Assembly (NCBI RefSeq): GCF_009914755.1
Contig: NC_060934.1
DNA length: 64,000 nt
Strand: one strand, 5' to 3'
Source: the human T2T-CHM13v2.0 reference genome, Homo sapiens
Of this stretch, positions 14,845 to 30,121 are shown piece after piece. Position numbers and translations under genes: made by a program. The notes beneath the pieces were generated by a model. That model saw only the letters and a list, made by a program, of their open reading frames with translations. It was not told the origin of the DNA and made no database searches. The number at the start of each line of letters is the position of its first letter. Positions within the stretch are counted from its first letter, which is position 1.

Positions 14845-15160
14845 TTTTGTTTCGTTTTTTTTTTGTTTGTTTTTAGAGTCAGGACCTCGTTCTGTCACCC
14901 ATGTTGGGGTGCGGTGGCATGATTATAGTTCACTGAAGCCTGGCACTCCTGAGCTCAAACAATCCTCCCCTCTAAGCCTCCTAAGTAGCTGGGAATCTAG
15001 GTACGTACCACCACACCTGGCTAATTTTTAAAATTTTTTTTTTGACTTATTGTGGAGATGGGGTCTCCCTGTGTTGTCCAAGCTGGTCTCAAACTCTCGA
15101 ACTCAGGCCATCCTCCTGTCTCGGCCTCCCAAAATGCTGGGATTCCTAGGCCTGAGCTAC
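14845..15160 (-). mobile_element. AluJ-like element
   Basis: Diverged antisense Alu dimer. Confidence 0.85.
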
Positions 15161-16673
15161 TACTTTACCTGTTTAGAACACAGTTTCATATTAATCTTAG
15201 TATTTCTGAGTTTCAGAGCACAAAGGGCATATACACTTCCTTAATGTGACAATATTGTTAAATTAATTTGATTAAGATTTGAAGGTAAATTGGGGGACCA
15301 GGGAATGAACACCATTTACTGAGCTTTTACAGTGTGCTAGCTACTTTTCTGGGGGCAGGACTATAGTGGTTTTTGTGGGTTTTTTTTTTTTTTTTTTTTT
15401 TTGAAAAGAGGACCCTTGCGCTCACAGAGCTTACATAATACTGAGGTAAACCAACAAACATAAATTAAAACATTGCCTTTAGTGATAAGTGCTGTAAAGG
15501 GAATAAAGCAGAGTCATGAGATTGTGATGGAAGCAGGATGCCATTTTAGAGCGGATTAGGGAAAACATCTCAAGGGAGTTGACATTTGAGCTGTGACCCA
15601 AATACAGTACAAATGCTTGGGAGGCAAGTATCCAGGAAAATAGCTAGTGCAAATGTCCTGAAACAAAACAAATTTGGCATGTTTAAGGAACAGCTCTTAG
15701 GCCAGTCTGTCTTCGTAGTTACAAGGGAGTTGGATCAATTGAAGCTTGTGAAATCAGAGAGGTAGGGAATGACAGCTAATGTAGGATTTTGTAAGTTATG
15801 GTAAGGAGTTTCGATTTTCTTAAGAAAAATCACGTAGTTGCTATGTAGACAGTGAATTGAAGGGGTAAGAGAAAGCAAGGAGTTAGGAAATTGTTGCTGT
15901 GAGATATGATGGTTGGACTAGGATGGTAGCAATAGAGAAGATAAGTAACACAATTCAAAATGGGTATTAAAAATAGAACAAGCAGGACTCCTAATTGATG
16001 AAAAGATAGAGGCATGGGTGATGCATAGGTTTGTAAATAACTGCTGAGATACAGAAGGATCCAAAGATGATAGGTTTTACTGTTTTCAATGTTAGTGAAT
16101 TCAGGTCTGGCCCTCTCAAAGTTTGTGTTTTCTTTTGCACAGACCCACATACCTGTGGTAATGACCCAAGGATTCTCAACCTTGCCACAGTAAATCAATC
16201 GTTAATAGTAATATGTGAAGGAACTGCCTTGAAATAGTTAGATACAACATGTACACAGTCAGAAAACCCAACCCAACCACTGTTTTTCCCATGGAATTGA
16301 TTAGTCTTTTCTCAGTCTTATTTTGTAATTTATATACTCACCAAGCATTCTTGTAGTAAAGTGAAAGAAATTAGCTTTGTAAATGGCCTGGACTACACTT
16401 CCTGTAAGTTCAAAAATCAGATCTATGACACTGCGATTATCTTATTGGTGTAAAAGCCTGAGCCACCAGTGGAAGACCTGGTTTGGGATTGAGGGTCTCA
16501 GGATGAGTCAGCCCCCAAACTGACAGATAGGGAGGATAAAATGGGAAAAAATTTTCTGCCTTCAGTGAGCCTATAAAAATTGCAAACACATGTAACAATC
16601 AGGAGCTGGATTAACTCTAACTGGATTAACTTAAAGAATTTTGTTGCAATGTGACATTTTGTTTTCTCTCTAG

Positions 16674-16732
16674 TAACTGGTATGAACCCTCTGTCTCCTT
16701 ATTTAAATGTGGATCCACGATACCTCGTGCAG
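16674..16732 (+). CDS. TIMM23B: TIMM23B exon 2 (LTGMNPLSPYLNVDPRYLVQ)
   Basis: Polypyrimidine + tag acceptor, CAG|GTAAGA donor, 59 nt, in frame with the Tim23 sequence. Confidence 0.95.
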
Positions 16733-17009
16733 GTAAGACTAAGATTTTACTAGTTTGGTGCATTATTTTACCATTTTTAAAAAAACGCCAAGTGCTATGC
16801 TGACTTGAACTATGACATACACTTCTGGAGGCAGTAAGTCTCTGGTCTCCATTCACCCTTTTTTCCTCACAAACACCAGGAGCTTGGCCTGCATCTCTCT
16901 GAAACCAGTTAACTCCCTTCAAAAGCTTATTTTTTAAAACCAGAGCAGAATTAATTTTTGAAAGCACCCCAATAAAAGTATTGGGATGCCTAGTTACAAA
17001 GTGTGTGGG

Positions 17010-17305
<296 letters not shown>

Positions 17306-17536
17306 TAAGCATCAAAAGTTTCAAAGAGTATCTTTTTGAATCCAAGATATATTAGCAAATATATCTTGGGTATATTAGAAAAGCAAGGTTGTTTTAACAT
17401 CTGAAAATTAATGTATTGTGCCATATCAATTTATAATAAAGCAATCAAGGAAAGAATATAGTACAAAGACCACATGCTTATCTCAATAGATTCACAAAAA
17501 TCATTTGACAACATCCAACACCCCCTTTAATGATTA

Positions 17537-17850
<314 letters not shown>

Positions 17851-18822
17851 AGACATAAAAGGGACTTCAGCCTGTTAAATGCCATCTACAGAATATCCAA
17901 AGCTAACATAATTTAATGGTGAAAGACTGAATGCCTTCTCCCTAAGATCAGGAACAAAATAAGTATATTTACTCTCATTTATATTCAGCATTGTCTGGCC
18001 AGGGCAATTAGTCAAGTACATTAAATGGCATTCAAGTTGAAAAAGAAGTTAAACTATCTGTTTACAAATGACATGATCTTATCTATAGAAAATCACAAGG
18101 GAAATCACAAAAATCTGTTAAAACTAATGATCGAGTTCAGCAAGTTGCAGAATACAAGTTCAATATACATAAATATATTTCTAGACAGTTGCAATGAACA
18201 CTACAAAAATGAAATTACAAAAAACAGTTGATTACCAATAACATCAAAAAGCAAATACTTAGAAATAAATGGACCAGGTGCAAAACATATTCTGAAAACT
18301 ATAAAACATTATTGAAATTAAGTGGAAAGACACATGCTATGATCCTGAAAATTTTAATATTAAAATGGCAGTGCTCACCAAATTAACCAACAGATTTAGT
18401 GCAGTGCCTGTCAAAATCCCAGCTGGCTTTTTTGCAGAAATTGACAAGCTTTTATCCTAAAATTCATATGGAAATTCAGGGGACATAGAATGGCCAATGA
18501 CCTTGAGAAAATAGATTGGAGGACTTGAACTTGCCAATTTCAAAACTTTCTACAGAGCCACATCATGATAGTAACATAAGAATAAATCCATAGTTAATGA
18601 AATACAGAGTCCAGAAGACAGACCTTATACAATATACGCAGTCACTTGCTTTTCAACAAGGATGCCAAAATAGTTAAGTCAGGGGAGACGTTAGGACAAC
18701 TGGAATCCATATGCATAAGAATGAAGTTGAACCCTAACCCTGCACCATATGCAAAATGTTACCACCAAATGGATTAAAGACTTAAATGTAAACCGAAGCA
18801 GTCAAACTCTTAGAAGAAATCA

Positions 18823-19575
<753 letters not shown>

Positions 19576-20529
19576 AAAAAAATGGGGAAAAGACAATCCA
19601 CAGACTGAGAGAAAATATTTGCATATTATGTATCTGATAAGGAATTTATATCTAGAATATTTAATTTTTTTAACTCTTGAAACATTAATAAAAATAATTA
19701 CAAAATGGGCAAAGGATTTGAGTAGACATTTCTCTATGAAGATATACAGATGTCTAATAATGACATGAAAGCTGGTCAGTAACATTAATTAGAGAAATAA
19801 AACCACAATGAGATGCCTCTTTACACCCACGGGGATCACTATAATCAAAAAGAAAATAATAAGTATTGTTGAGGATGTAGAGAAATTGGACCTCTGTACA
19901 TTGCTGGTGGGAATGTAAAATGATACAGCTGCTTTTAGAAACAGTCTGGCAGTTTCTCAAAGTGTTAAAAATAGAGTTACCTTATGACTGGCAATTTCAC
20001 TTGCGTATACTCCATACTCAAGAGAATTGAAAACCTCTGTGCACATAAGTTGTAAATGAATGTTGCTAGTAGCATTATTCATAATAACCAAAAAATGGAA
20101 ACAAACCAAATGTTTATCCACTGATGAATGGATAAAAAAGTGTGGCATATCCATACAAATGGAATATTATTTGGTAATAAAAAAAGAACTATTAAATTAT
20201 GCTACAATATAAATGAACCTTTAAAACTTCCTAAATGAAAGAAACCAGTCACAAGAGACCACATATTGTGTGGTTCCATTTATATGGAATGTCCAGAATA
20301 GGCAAATATATGGACAAGAAAGTAGATTAGTAGCTGCCAAGGGTTGGGAGTAAATGGGCAGTGACTGCTAATGGGTATGTGATTTTTTTGGGGGGTGATG
20401 AAGATGCTTTAAAATTTATTGTAGTCTTGGTTGCACAACTCTGAATATACTAAAAACCACTGAATTGTACACTCTAAGTAAGTAAATTGTATGGTACATG
20501 AGATACATATCAGTAACTCCATTTTCTCT

Positions 20530-20838
20530 CTCTCTTTTTTTTCTAAGAGACAAAGTCTCACTCTGTCTTCCAGACTCGAGTTGCAGTAGCAGCATCATAG
20601 CTCACTGTAACCTCAAACTCCTAGGCTCAAGCGGTCCTTCTGCCTCATCCTCCTAGATAGCTAGGGCTGCAGATGAACACCACCATGCCTGGCTAATTCT
20701 TTTTTTTTTTACATTCTTTGTAGAGATGTGATCTGACTTGGTTGCCCAGGCTGGTCTCTTAACTCCTGGCCTCAAGTGGTCCTTCTGCCTTGGCCTCCCA
20801 AAGTTCTGGAATTACAGGCATGAGCCACCATGCCTGGC
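20530..20838 (-). mobile_element. AluJ-like element
   Basis: Antisense Alu dimer. Confidence 0.85.
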
Positions 20839-21448
20839 CTTTTTTTTTTTTTTTTTTTTTTTAAGAGTTATGGTTGGAACCTTTTATTTCAGAGTTGAAT
20901 CACTAACGGCATCTGACAGCTGCTGCATTTCTTGTTTGCGTTAAGTGTTCAAATTGAAGCAAGTTGATGGTTCGGACCTTGCCAATTTAAAGCTTCATTA
21001 TTTTTGAAATGTTTTTCAAATGTTATATTTTAACATTGGGTGTTCCTTGATTTTTTTACTTTAAAAGTACTCCTTTGTCAGTTTACTCAAAATTTCAAAA
21101 CTAGTTGCATGTATTTTGCTTTAATGTTGAATCTACACTTAGAGGTTGTACTCTAGATCTAGTTAAAATTCAATATCATTGTAGCCCTGCATTGCTAGGT
21201 GGGGCTTATTAAGGTTAGACATAAAATATTTCATATCCCCCCAAAAACTTGTGAATTCATTCTTCATCATGAACATTTAATCTTCCATTGGAATTCTAGA
21301 GGGACTTCAGACTTTAAAAAGTGTTTTATAAACCTCATCTGTTATTGGAAATAATTCTGGAGACCTTAAATTTAAAGATAATAGAAATTACATTTTGTAA
21401 AACTTTTATTTATACTTTTGAAGGTTAGAGACATCTTAAAGAAAATAG

Positions 21449-21622
<174 letters not shown>

Positions 21623-22179
21623 TAGCCAACTTTTATCTGATACAGTATTGTAGTTTCTCTCACTAATGCTTTTGTATTGTCACTACTCTTATATCCTCAT
21701 TGAAACTTTTTTTTAAATTGTGTCAAGTAATAAATTTTTTTGTTAGCCCAGGTGAACATCTGGTACAAAAATAAGGAAAATTTAAATATTTTTAACATCC
21801 ATAGTGTTAAACACGCAAAATTATAAATTAAAAAAGTTTTTTCTTTTTTTTTTTTTTTTTTTCCCCCAGCAAGTACATTGATACCCATTCTTGGATTTAT
21901 CTTCCATGTCAGCAAACTCTGGTACTTGGGATTTTAGTAATACTAGTGTCCTGGAGTGTCAACAGGACAGGTTTAACAAGAGCTTTTTAGTAAATCTTCT
22001 ATACATTCAGTATATTAACATACTTTGATAACAGCCTTGTTTGTGTGTGAATTGATGGATGTTTGCTTGCAACCCTTGTTATATTTTTCAGTTGATACTA
22101 GCAGGAGAATGAGTTGGTGCTAACGTGCACTTTTGCTTGCTTGATAATGTTCATCACAGCCTTTTTTTTTTTTTTTAAG

Positions 22180-22484
22180 TTTTCTTTTCTTTTTTTTTTT
22201 TTGGAGATGGAGTCTCGCTCTGTCACCCAGGCTGGAGTGCAGTGGCGTGATCTCAGCTCACTGCAACCTCCACCCCCGGGTTCAAGCAATTCTCCTGCCT
22301 CAGCCTCCCAAGTAGCTGGGACTACAGGCGCACACTGCCACGCCCAGCTAATTTTTTGTATTTTAGTAGAGACGGGGTTTCACCATGTTGCCCAGGGTGG
22401 CCTTGAACTCCTGAGCTCTGGCAGTCCACCCGACTCGGCTTCCCAAAGCGCTGAGATTACAGGCGGGAGGCACCGTGCCTGGCC
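22180..22484 (-). mobile_element. AluS element
   Basis: Antisense dimer with poly-T. Confidence 0.9.
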
Positions 22485-23768
22485 AAGTTTTCTATTCTTA
22501 ATTAGTGATCTGTTTCTGTATTGAAGGATAATTTTTTTTTTCTTCTCAGCAACCATGGCCTGAGACTGAAGAATAATTATTTACCTTACCACATTGAATC
22601 TAGCATTTCTAAAAACTCAAACAAAAAGCAGTTTAATACTAAGTCATTATTTAAAAGTTGAAGTACCCAAAATTTATAAAACTCTATACAATTATATTAT
22701 GACATGGGAACTATTCAGATTTTATTATTGCCCAACAGACCATTCTTATGTGATGAGAGTGGATGTGTTTGTTTACTTTTGCAATTTTTGGTGAGGATGT
22801 GTGCACATGCCAGAAAGAAAAAACCAAGGCAGAACCACAGTTTTCTGATTAGGAATACAGTTTTCTGAATCAACGTTCAGTATTTGCCACAAGGATGTAG
22901 GAGAATGTTAATTGTCAGTGGTCTTTACTATGTTAAATGTAACACACTATGTGTCTTTTTGCCAAGGGTGTGACCTAGCCATTAGAGGCTTATTTTAACC
23001 ATCTTTGGATGGAAAGCTTGCCAAAAATGAGTGTGATTTTTTTTTTTTTAATCCAACATGGTGATAAAATTTTGTGTGTTTTTTTGAGTGTGTTTTTCAT
23101 AAAGGTGCATTGACTCTTCAAAATTGGTAACCATATTTTGCTCTTAAGAGTATCATTTCTCAATCTTAGTATTTTGGATGACCTTCCAGGGGTTCATGCC
23201 ACATTTTGTGTATGCAATTACTAGAAATAGGGTCTATAGCTTTCTGAGAGTATCAAAGGAATATATACTCCTTAAACAGATAAGAATTATTAAAGGGGGT
23301 CATTTGCCCTTGCATAATTGATCCAAACTGTTGTACTTTATTAGTTTTTGCTCATGTTTGTGAACATTTGGCTTTATACATAGAAAAATGCACAATAAAT
23401 AGCTGCTACAGAATGAAAGTTATTTGTTTCTTCCAGACTGGTTGTCTGTTCTGTTCTTCTCATAGCTTTCAGTGTTCCTTTCTCTAGAGCTGTCCTTTCT
23501 AAACACTTTTGCACAAATCTATCAGATTTACGTTTTGAAGGAAACAAAGTCTTTAATGAGACTCCCTTCTAAGAACTGTGTTTCGTATTTCATTTCACTT
23601 TGATTTAGGTGTTACTGCTGCAGAAAGTTTTATTTTTGTTTAAGTATAGGTTTGAGTTAATTTAAGGTTTATTTTCTGTGAAAAACTACTTGAAATGTTA
23701 AAAAGGCAACTTTACAAGATTTGTGTCTTGAGAGACACTCAGCTTGGTTTTCATTATTATCCTTTTAG

Positions 23769-23862
23769 GATACAGATGAGTTCATTTTACCTACCGGAGC
23801 TAATAAAACCTGGGGCAGATTTGAGCTGGCCTTCTTTACGATTGGAGGGTGTTGCATGACAG
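23769..23862 (+). CDS. TIMM23B: TIMM23B exon 3 (DTDEFILPTGANKTWGRFELAFFTIGGCCMT)
   Basis: ttttag acceptor, G|GTGAGT donor, 94 nt, Tim23 translation. Confidence 0.95.
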
Positions 23863-24091
23863 GTGAGTGTTACATACTTTTTTCTCAAGAGTGCTCAGTT
23901 CAAGTAGTTGAGGGTGCGTAAAATCAAAGGCAATTAGAATGTTGGTTTCAGGGTTTTTTTTTTTAATATTTACATTTGTCTTTTTCTATTAAATAAAAAT
24001 GAAAAAGAATCAGAAGTGTAGTTATGCAGTTTTGAGGTTTTTTTTTTAATATAAAGCTGTCTTATCTGGGTGAATTTTTATGATTTACCAG

Positions 24092-24176
24092 GGGCTGCGT
24101 TTGGGGCAATGAATGGTCTTCGGCTAGGATTGAAGGAAACCCAGAACATGGCCTGGTCCAAACCAGGAAATGTACA
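24092..24176 (+). CDS. TIMM23B: TIMM23B exon 4 (GAAFGAMNGLRLGLKETQNMAWSKPGNVQ)
   Basis: ccag acceptor, CA|GTAAGT donor, 85 nt, Tim23 translation. Confidence 0.95.
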
Positions 24177-24989
24177 GTAAGTCTCTTGTAACCATCTGAT
24201 GTAGTGATACTTGAATATTAAGCTCTGTTGTATTGGTTTGATGAGTACAACCTTGAGATTACAGATGGTTAGCATAGTTATGTGCTTTTTTGTCTTTGTT
24301 TTTTAATCTTAATCAAAATAAAAGCAACTAAGGAATCAGATTACTGACTCTAAGCTTTTAAAAAGGAGTGATTTTTTTAATCAGTGTCCCTCAGTCAGCT
24401 AGTGCTATGCCAGCCTGACTTCTCAGCTGCACCTGTTACATTCTCCAACCCTATGTGACTTGCTTTTCAAATTGTTGAGTTGCTAATGGGAATTTTGGAT
24501 TGTTTGGGGGCATGCAGATCCATAGGAAATGGTAATGAAGAATAAGCAGCTCATGAGAGTGATGGCTCAAGCTGCCATCATTTAACTTGAACTTCTTACT
24601 GTCTTGACTTTGTTTCCGAAGTGATGAGCCAGATACATTTTAAATAAAATTTTTAGAATTAGAGTTAACTCCAAAAGGATAAGACACAGTTTTCTGTTAG
24701 AACTTGAAGTTACAGAGAAGGGAAAGTACAGTTAAAAGGATCAGAAAGTATGTTTTCACCCAACTTAAGAAGTAAACATGGCCAGTCCCTCTTGATATTC
24801 CTTAAACAATATGTTTAGTTTTGCCCATTTTTATGCTTCATGTAAGTGGAATCATGAGTATGTATTCTTCGATGGCTACTGTTTTGTTTTAGGACACTTT
24901 AAACTCCTATCTTCCTTTCATATTGTTCACCCAGCAGATGGCACCAGATGTGCTAGAATTAGACCATGGGAAACTGGAAGGCCTGTTAA

Positions 24990-25288
<299 letters not shown>

Positions 25289-25856
25289 CTGTTAAGTTTT
25301 TTATATTCCTGTTACTGTGTGGATCTCTGTCCATGCTTTACCAGCCTAGATCCTTCAATATTTTTATTACTTGTCCCTCGCTTCAATAATATTTTTAAGT
25401 TTTTGTATTATAGGGAATTTTGAATATATAAAAGTAGACAAAATACATAGCATAGTGAACACATGAACCATAACCCATCCTCAACAACCATCAACCATGG
25501 CCAGTTCTATCCCATCTCCCTCTCCTCTCCCACCTTATTTTGAGACAAAAACCCCAATATCATATTAAATACAAATTTGGAAGTAGATCTCCTAGAAAAG
25601 ACAACTTGCTTCCTTTCTTAAAACAAGTTATTAAAATGCTTGTTAAAAATGAAAAAATGATGGCTGAACTTAAAATACGTTAGTAAATATGTAACATAAT
25701 TAGAAACAATATACTTCTGTTTGTAAACATTACTGATTTTTTAAAACAATCTTTTAGAAGCAATACAAATTTTTGTTTCTGTAGAACGTTAATTGAGTCG
25801 TTTAATAATTAAACTGAATGAGTTCCTTCACTCTTTGTTACTGTATTTCCATAATT

Positions 25857-26058
25857 TCCAGCAGTAGTCAGCTGTCTGGACAGAACCATTCCTGGGATGG
25901 TGTTACACTGCTGGGAGAAGAATGTCTTCTCTTCATCCAGTTGCCTCCATCACTGTTCTGGTGGTGTCTGGCACTGGTGCAAGGCAGAACTGTGCTTCCT
26001 TGAGAGTGTGCTGAGCATTCACCTTGGCTGCTTGGTTCTAGTCTGGGAGCAGACACAG
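25857..26058 (+). ncRNA. SNORA74C: H/ACA box snoRNA of the SNORA74 (U19) family (SNORA74C-type copy), intronic in TIMM23B intron 4
   Basis: Shares recalled U19 blocks TCCAGCnGTnGTCAGCT, GATGGTGTTACACTG, CACTGTTnTGGTG, TGAGAGTG and CTAGTCTGGG. H box AGAAGA at 25916-25921, ACA at 26053-26055 three nt from the 3' end, ~200 nt long, sense to the host gene. Confidence 0.88.
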
Positions 26059-26376
26059 GGTGCTTTCCCCATGTATTCTAGTTAGATGGCTGATTCCTTC
26101 TCTTTAATTCTACTTTATATTCTGTACTTCGATATTCTTTACTTTATATTCTGTACTTTGATATTCTTTACTTTGATTATCTTTAACATTCTAAGCATAT
26201 GTTCCCCTCCCAAAAAGAACCTTTTAGAAGCTAGCTCGCCATAGTTAACAGTGGCATTTTTTACATGGATTAGTTTCTGTAAACCTCTGTAAGATACATT
26301 CCAGGCTGTCATTCAAAGCCTTATATATATTTAATGTGTATTCATTATATTATACATTTAATAATAAGAGTTTTCC

Positions 26377-26377
<1 letters not shown>

Positions 26378-26406
<29 letters not shown>
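26378..26406. repeat. (TTA)n microsatellite
   Basis: Direct observation. Confidence 0.93.
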
Positions 26407-26407
<1 letters not shown>

Positions 26408-26644
26408 GGACTTATATAAAAGTCCTTAAGACTTTTGCCTAAAATTTTGAAAGTTTTAACCTAATTTTCACTTATGTAGAGTAAAAACCATCCTCATTGA
26501 AATCGGAGATATTAAGATGTATTTTAGAATTTAAAAAACTTTGCGCCCTGGGTCTAGACATGTTAAATAGCCATTATTGTTTTTAAAGATTACTAGAGAA
26601 ATAATGATTCTAAATACAGATTCTTTCTCTTTCTGCCCTGATAG

Positions 26645-26703
26645 GATTTTGAATATGGTGACTAGGCAAGGGGCACTTTGGGCTAATACTCTAGGTTCTC
26701 TGG
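26645..26703 (+). CDS. TIMM23B: TIMM23B exon 5 (ILNMVTRQGALWANTLGSL)
   Basis: atag acceptor, G|GTAAGT donor, 59 nt, Tim23 translation. Confidence 0.95.
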
Positions 26704-28066
26704 GTAAGTAGAGATCTCGTTTGATAATAAATTGTTAACTTAAAGAAAGAATGCACAAATATCATGAACAATTTGATCAACCCATATTCTGGTCCTAGGA
26801 TATGAGACAATTATGTTTAAATCCATTCCAATGCATAATGTAGATACTACTTAGGGAAAGACCATGAACTAACTTATGAAATAATCTCAGGTGCTGATAC
26901 CATTCTGAATACCATTTCTGAATTTTTAAAATATTTTGGACACTGCACACTCTCCAAGCACAACACCCAATAAAATCATGTTTAAATGAAATCCAGATAA
27001 TTTAGGTCCAAAGTAAAGAGCTTTGTATGTTAGACAAGGTTCAAGGTCCTGTAGTGATACATGATAAATTAATCCAGCCCTCTTGCTATGTTTTCTTAAT
27101 AGCGTGTTCATTAGTCTGTTTACCTGAGTAGATTTCAGGCACCTAATTGCCACAATTGGAATAGGTTCCTTGTAGATAATGAAAACGTTTGCAGTTCTAG
27201 GCAAAAGGTAATTTAGTAGTGCTTAGTCAGAGCCTAATGCTTTCATACCATATTGTTTATGAATGATTGATCACTTACAATAGATCTCTTATGGCTTATG
27301 TCCTGACATCCAAAATTTTCCTACTGTGTGAACTTAGTTGAAAATCTCAATTTAAATTGTGGCAGATTAAGGAGGGGAAGACATAGAAAACTCATTGAAA
27401 ACATAGAAAAAGCGTTTGTTATGGCAGAGTAAGGTCCTGCCTTGTCACAGAATTTGGAAGCAGTACATCTTCACACTGTAAAGCCAGTTTTCACACTTTG
27501 GATCCTAAGAGATGGCTGCTTTCATATGTTGCTGATGTCTGCATTCCTCCCACCCTCCTACAGAGTCACCCCTCTCTGCTTCTTTTAATTGCTTGTATAC
27601 CTAGAGTAGTCAGCTGTCCTTGTCTGCCTAGGACTTTCAGAGAAAAGTCCAAGAAACTATGTTCCAATAATCTCCACCCCCCGCCCACCCCGCCCCACAG
27701 TCCTGGACAAACTAGAATGGCTGGTCACCCTCTGTGTACCCATTGTGGTATGATCAAGAAGGATGTTCTGCTTGTGATCAGTTTCAGTTAAATAAGTTGA
27801 AGAGGAAGATGAACTTTCATAGAAGTATAAAAATACTGCAGTAGAGGAGTTGTAAGGCTGAGCGCGGTGTATTGTTGCAAGGGGCAAGTGTAGCTATAAT
27901 TTTGAGAAAGAGTTTAAAAGTTTAACGTTCATTCCAGATAGGAATCTGCAAGAGCATAGAAAGATGGCTTGGGGGAAGATACTTTAAAATGAAATGGTGC
28001 TAGTGTTATAATACGTGAGAATCAAACCTCACTTTTTTTTAATCTATTTTTTCTTATACTAGAAAT

Positions 28067-28068
<2 letters not shown>

Positions 28069-28117
<49 letters not shown>

Positions 28118-28118
28118 T
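28069..28118. repeat. (TG)n microsatellite
   Basis: About 20 perfect TG units. Confidence 0.95.
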
Positions 28119-28519
28119 CTTCAATCCGAAGTACAGCAATTATGGGTAGCATATAAATGAAAATTTTAAATATTCTTCCTGAGACTTCCTAGCGGTACTT
28201 TCTAGAAATAGCTATTGATGTTTCTTCTGAATTCTTCCAGGCGTTTCTCTGCATAGCCAGTCAGTCGTGTATCATGTGCACATGTCCCTGATTTACTTAT
28301 TAGTGAAAATGATTCTTCTGGTTTTTAAGTGACTGTATAGTATTCCATTATATGAAAAGTCCCTCTCTGGATCAATTCAGATGGTACAAATGCTCTTGAT
28401 GGGCATTTTATTTGTTGCCAGGTGTTTGCTATTAGAAACTGTTCTAGTGATCATTCCATGTATATCTTTGGATAAATTTTTCTAAATATAATTGCCATAC
28501 TGACTTTTGTGTTGAAAAA

Positions 28520-29965
28520 AAAAAACAGTTTTTCCTCTGCTCTCACACTACAACAGTCAACATAGGATAGTTCTGTGACCAGTTATGTGGGAATATTTCC
28601 CCACATACCAAGTAATCTCTTTTGCAGTGGACAGCAGTTGGGTGTCCTCCTGTTTCACTTCTGCCTGGAGATAGCATTAGATCAGCAGGTTGAGCACTCT
28701 GTCCCACAAAACTGAGCCCCACTTTGGATACTTCTGATGCTGATCGCAAGCTCCAGGTTATTTTACCTGTGCTTCTGACCAACCAGCTTTGTCAGGGTTT
28801 CCCACAACCCCCTCTTTGGGTTTGATTAATTTATTGGATTGGCTCACAGAACTCGAGGGAACACATACTTAACATTTGCGTATTTATTATAAAGATTTTT
28901 TTTTTTTTTTTTTTTGAGACAGGGTCTTGCTCTGTCACCCATGCTAGAGTGCAGTGGAGCTCACTGCAACCTAGACTTCTGGGCTTAAGCAAGCCTCCCA
29001 CCTCAGCCTTTCAAGGAGCTGGGACTATAGGCAACATGCACCACCATGCCAACTAATTTTTTTAAAAATTTTTTTGGAGAAGGGGGTATCCCTATGTTGT
29101 TGCCCAGACTGGTCTCTGACTCCTGGGCTTATGTGATCTTCCCACCTCGGCCTCCCAGAGTGCTGGGATTACAGAAACTTTGTGAGCCACCACACCTGGC
29201 TGGATATTTTTAAAGGATACAAATAGCCCAGTCAAGGAATACATAAGGTGAGGCCTGGATGGGCCCTGAGTGCAGGAGCTTTCATTTCACTGGAGTTGGG
29301 GTGCACTAGCCTCCTGACACGTGGGTGAGTTCTTTCTCACTTTCCTGCAAGTCCCATGAGTTGAGCTGTCCAGAAAGTCTTCCGACCCCATCCACTTGGG
29401 CCTCATGTGGAAAATTGATTGGATAGGCATGACTGAAGCATGGACAACCTTATAGAACTGTGATTGGACAAAAAGGACATGCTCTACTACTAATAGACTG
29501 GGCACAGAAATCCAGCAAGGCCTGCCTGCCCAGATTCTCCTTGGCCTTTCTGTGCAACATTTCTTCTTCCTGGGTATGGGGTACGATCTCTTCTGAAATG
29601 GGGGTCTTACAGCCTGCAATCAGACAAGGTAGGTCATAGAATTTCTTTATGGCCAGTTCCAAGACAGGAAGGTGTGGGGAAAGATTAGAGTCCTGCTGTG
29701 GGGAGAAAAGGGAGCAGGTGAAAGGAGGGCAGGAGAAGGTCACAGAGAGAGATTCTGTTTCTGAGGCTGCTTCTGAGGCCTGAAGTGCCCCAGTAATACA
29801 ACAAAAGACCTTCACCTTTGTCCCTCTGAAGCTGTTCCAAAGCTGATTCCAGAACCAAGGACAAATACCTTAACAAGTGATTGTTTTAGTCACTTAGGAA
29901 GGGCTATGGGAGTTATGAGCTAGGAACCATGGATGAAAACCAATATATGTATATCATAATATCAC
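28520..29965. mobile_element. MER21-like LTR with an inserted Alu (28897-29202), ending ~45 nt before TIMM23B exon 6
   Basis: Recalled MER21 blocks TTCTGTGACCA, GCTCACAGAACTC, CATGACTGAAGCATGGACAACC and terminal TATCATAATATCACA. Confidence 0.65.
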
Positions 29966-30010
29966 ACTTTATCACTGTTTTGTCACTGAGCACTTCCATT
30001 TCCTCTTTAG

Positions 30011-30121
30011 CGTTGCTCTATAGTGCATTTGGTGTCATCATTGAGAAAACACGAGGTGCAGAAGATGACCTTAACACAGTAGCAGCTGGAACCATGACAG
30101 GCATGTTGTATAAATGTACAG
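30011..30121 (+). CDS. TIMM23B: TIMM23B exon 6 (ALLYSAFGVIIEKTRGAEDDLNTVAAGTMTGMLYKCT)
   Basis: ORF 29929..30135 contains the Tim17/22/23 PRAT-motif region; tttag acceptor, G|GTGAGT donor, 111 nt. Confidence 0.96.

Noticed and set aside
18025-18231. RT-like peptide LFTNDMILSIEN
   Set aside because: Decayed L1 ORF2 remnant with stops and frameshifts; not a gene.
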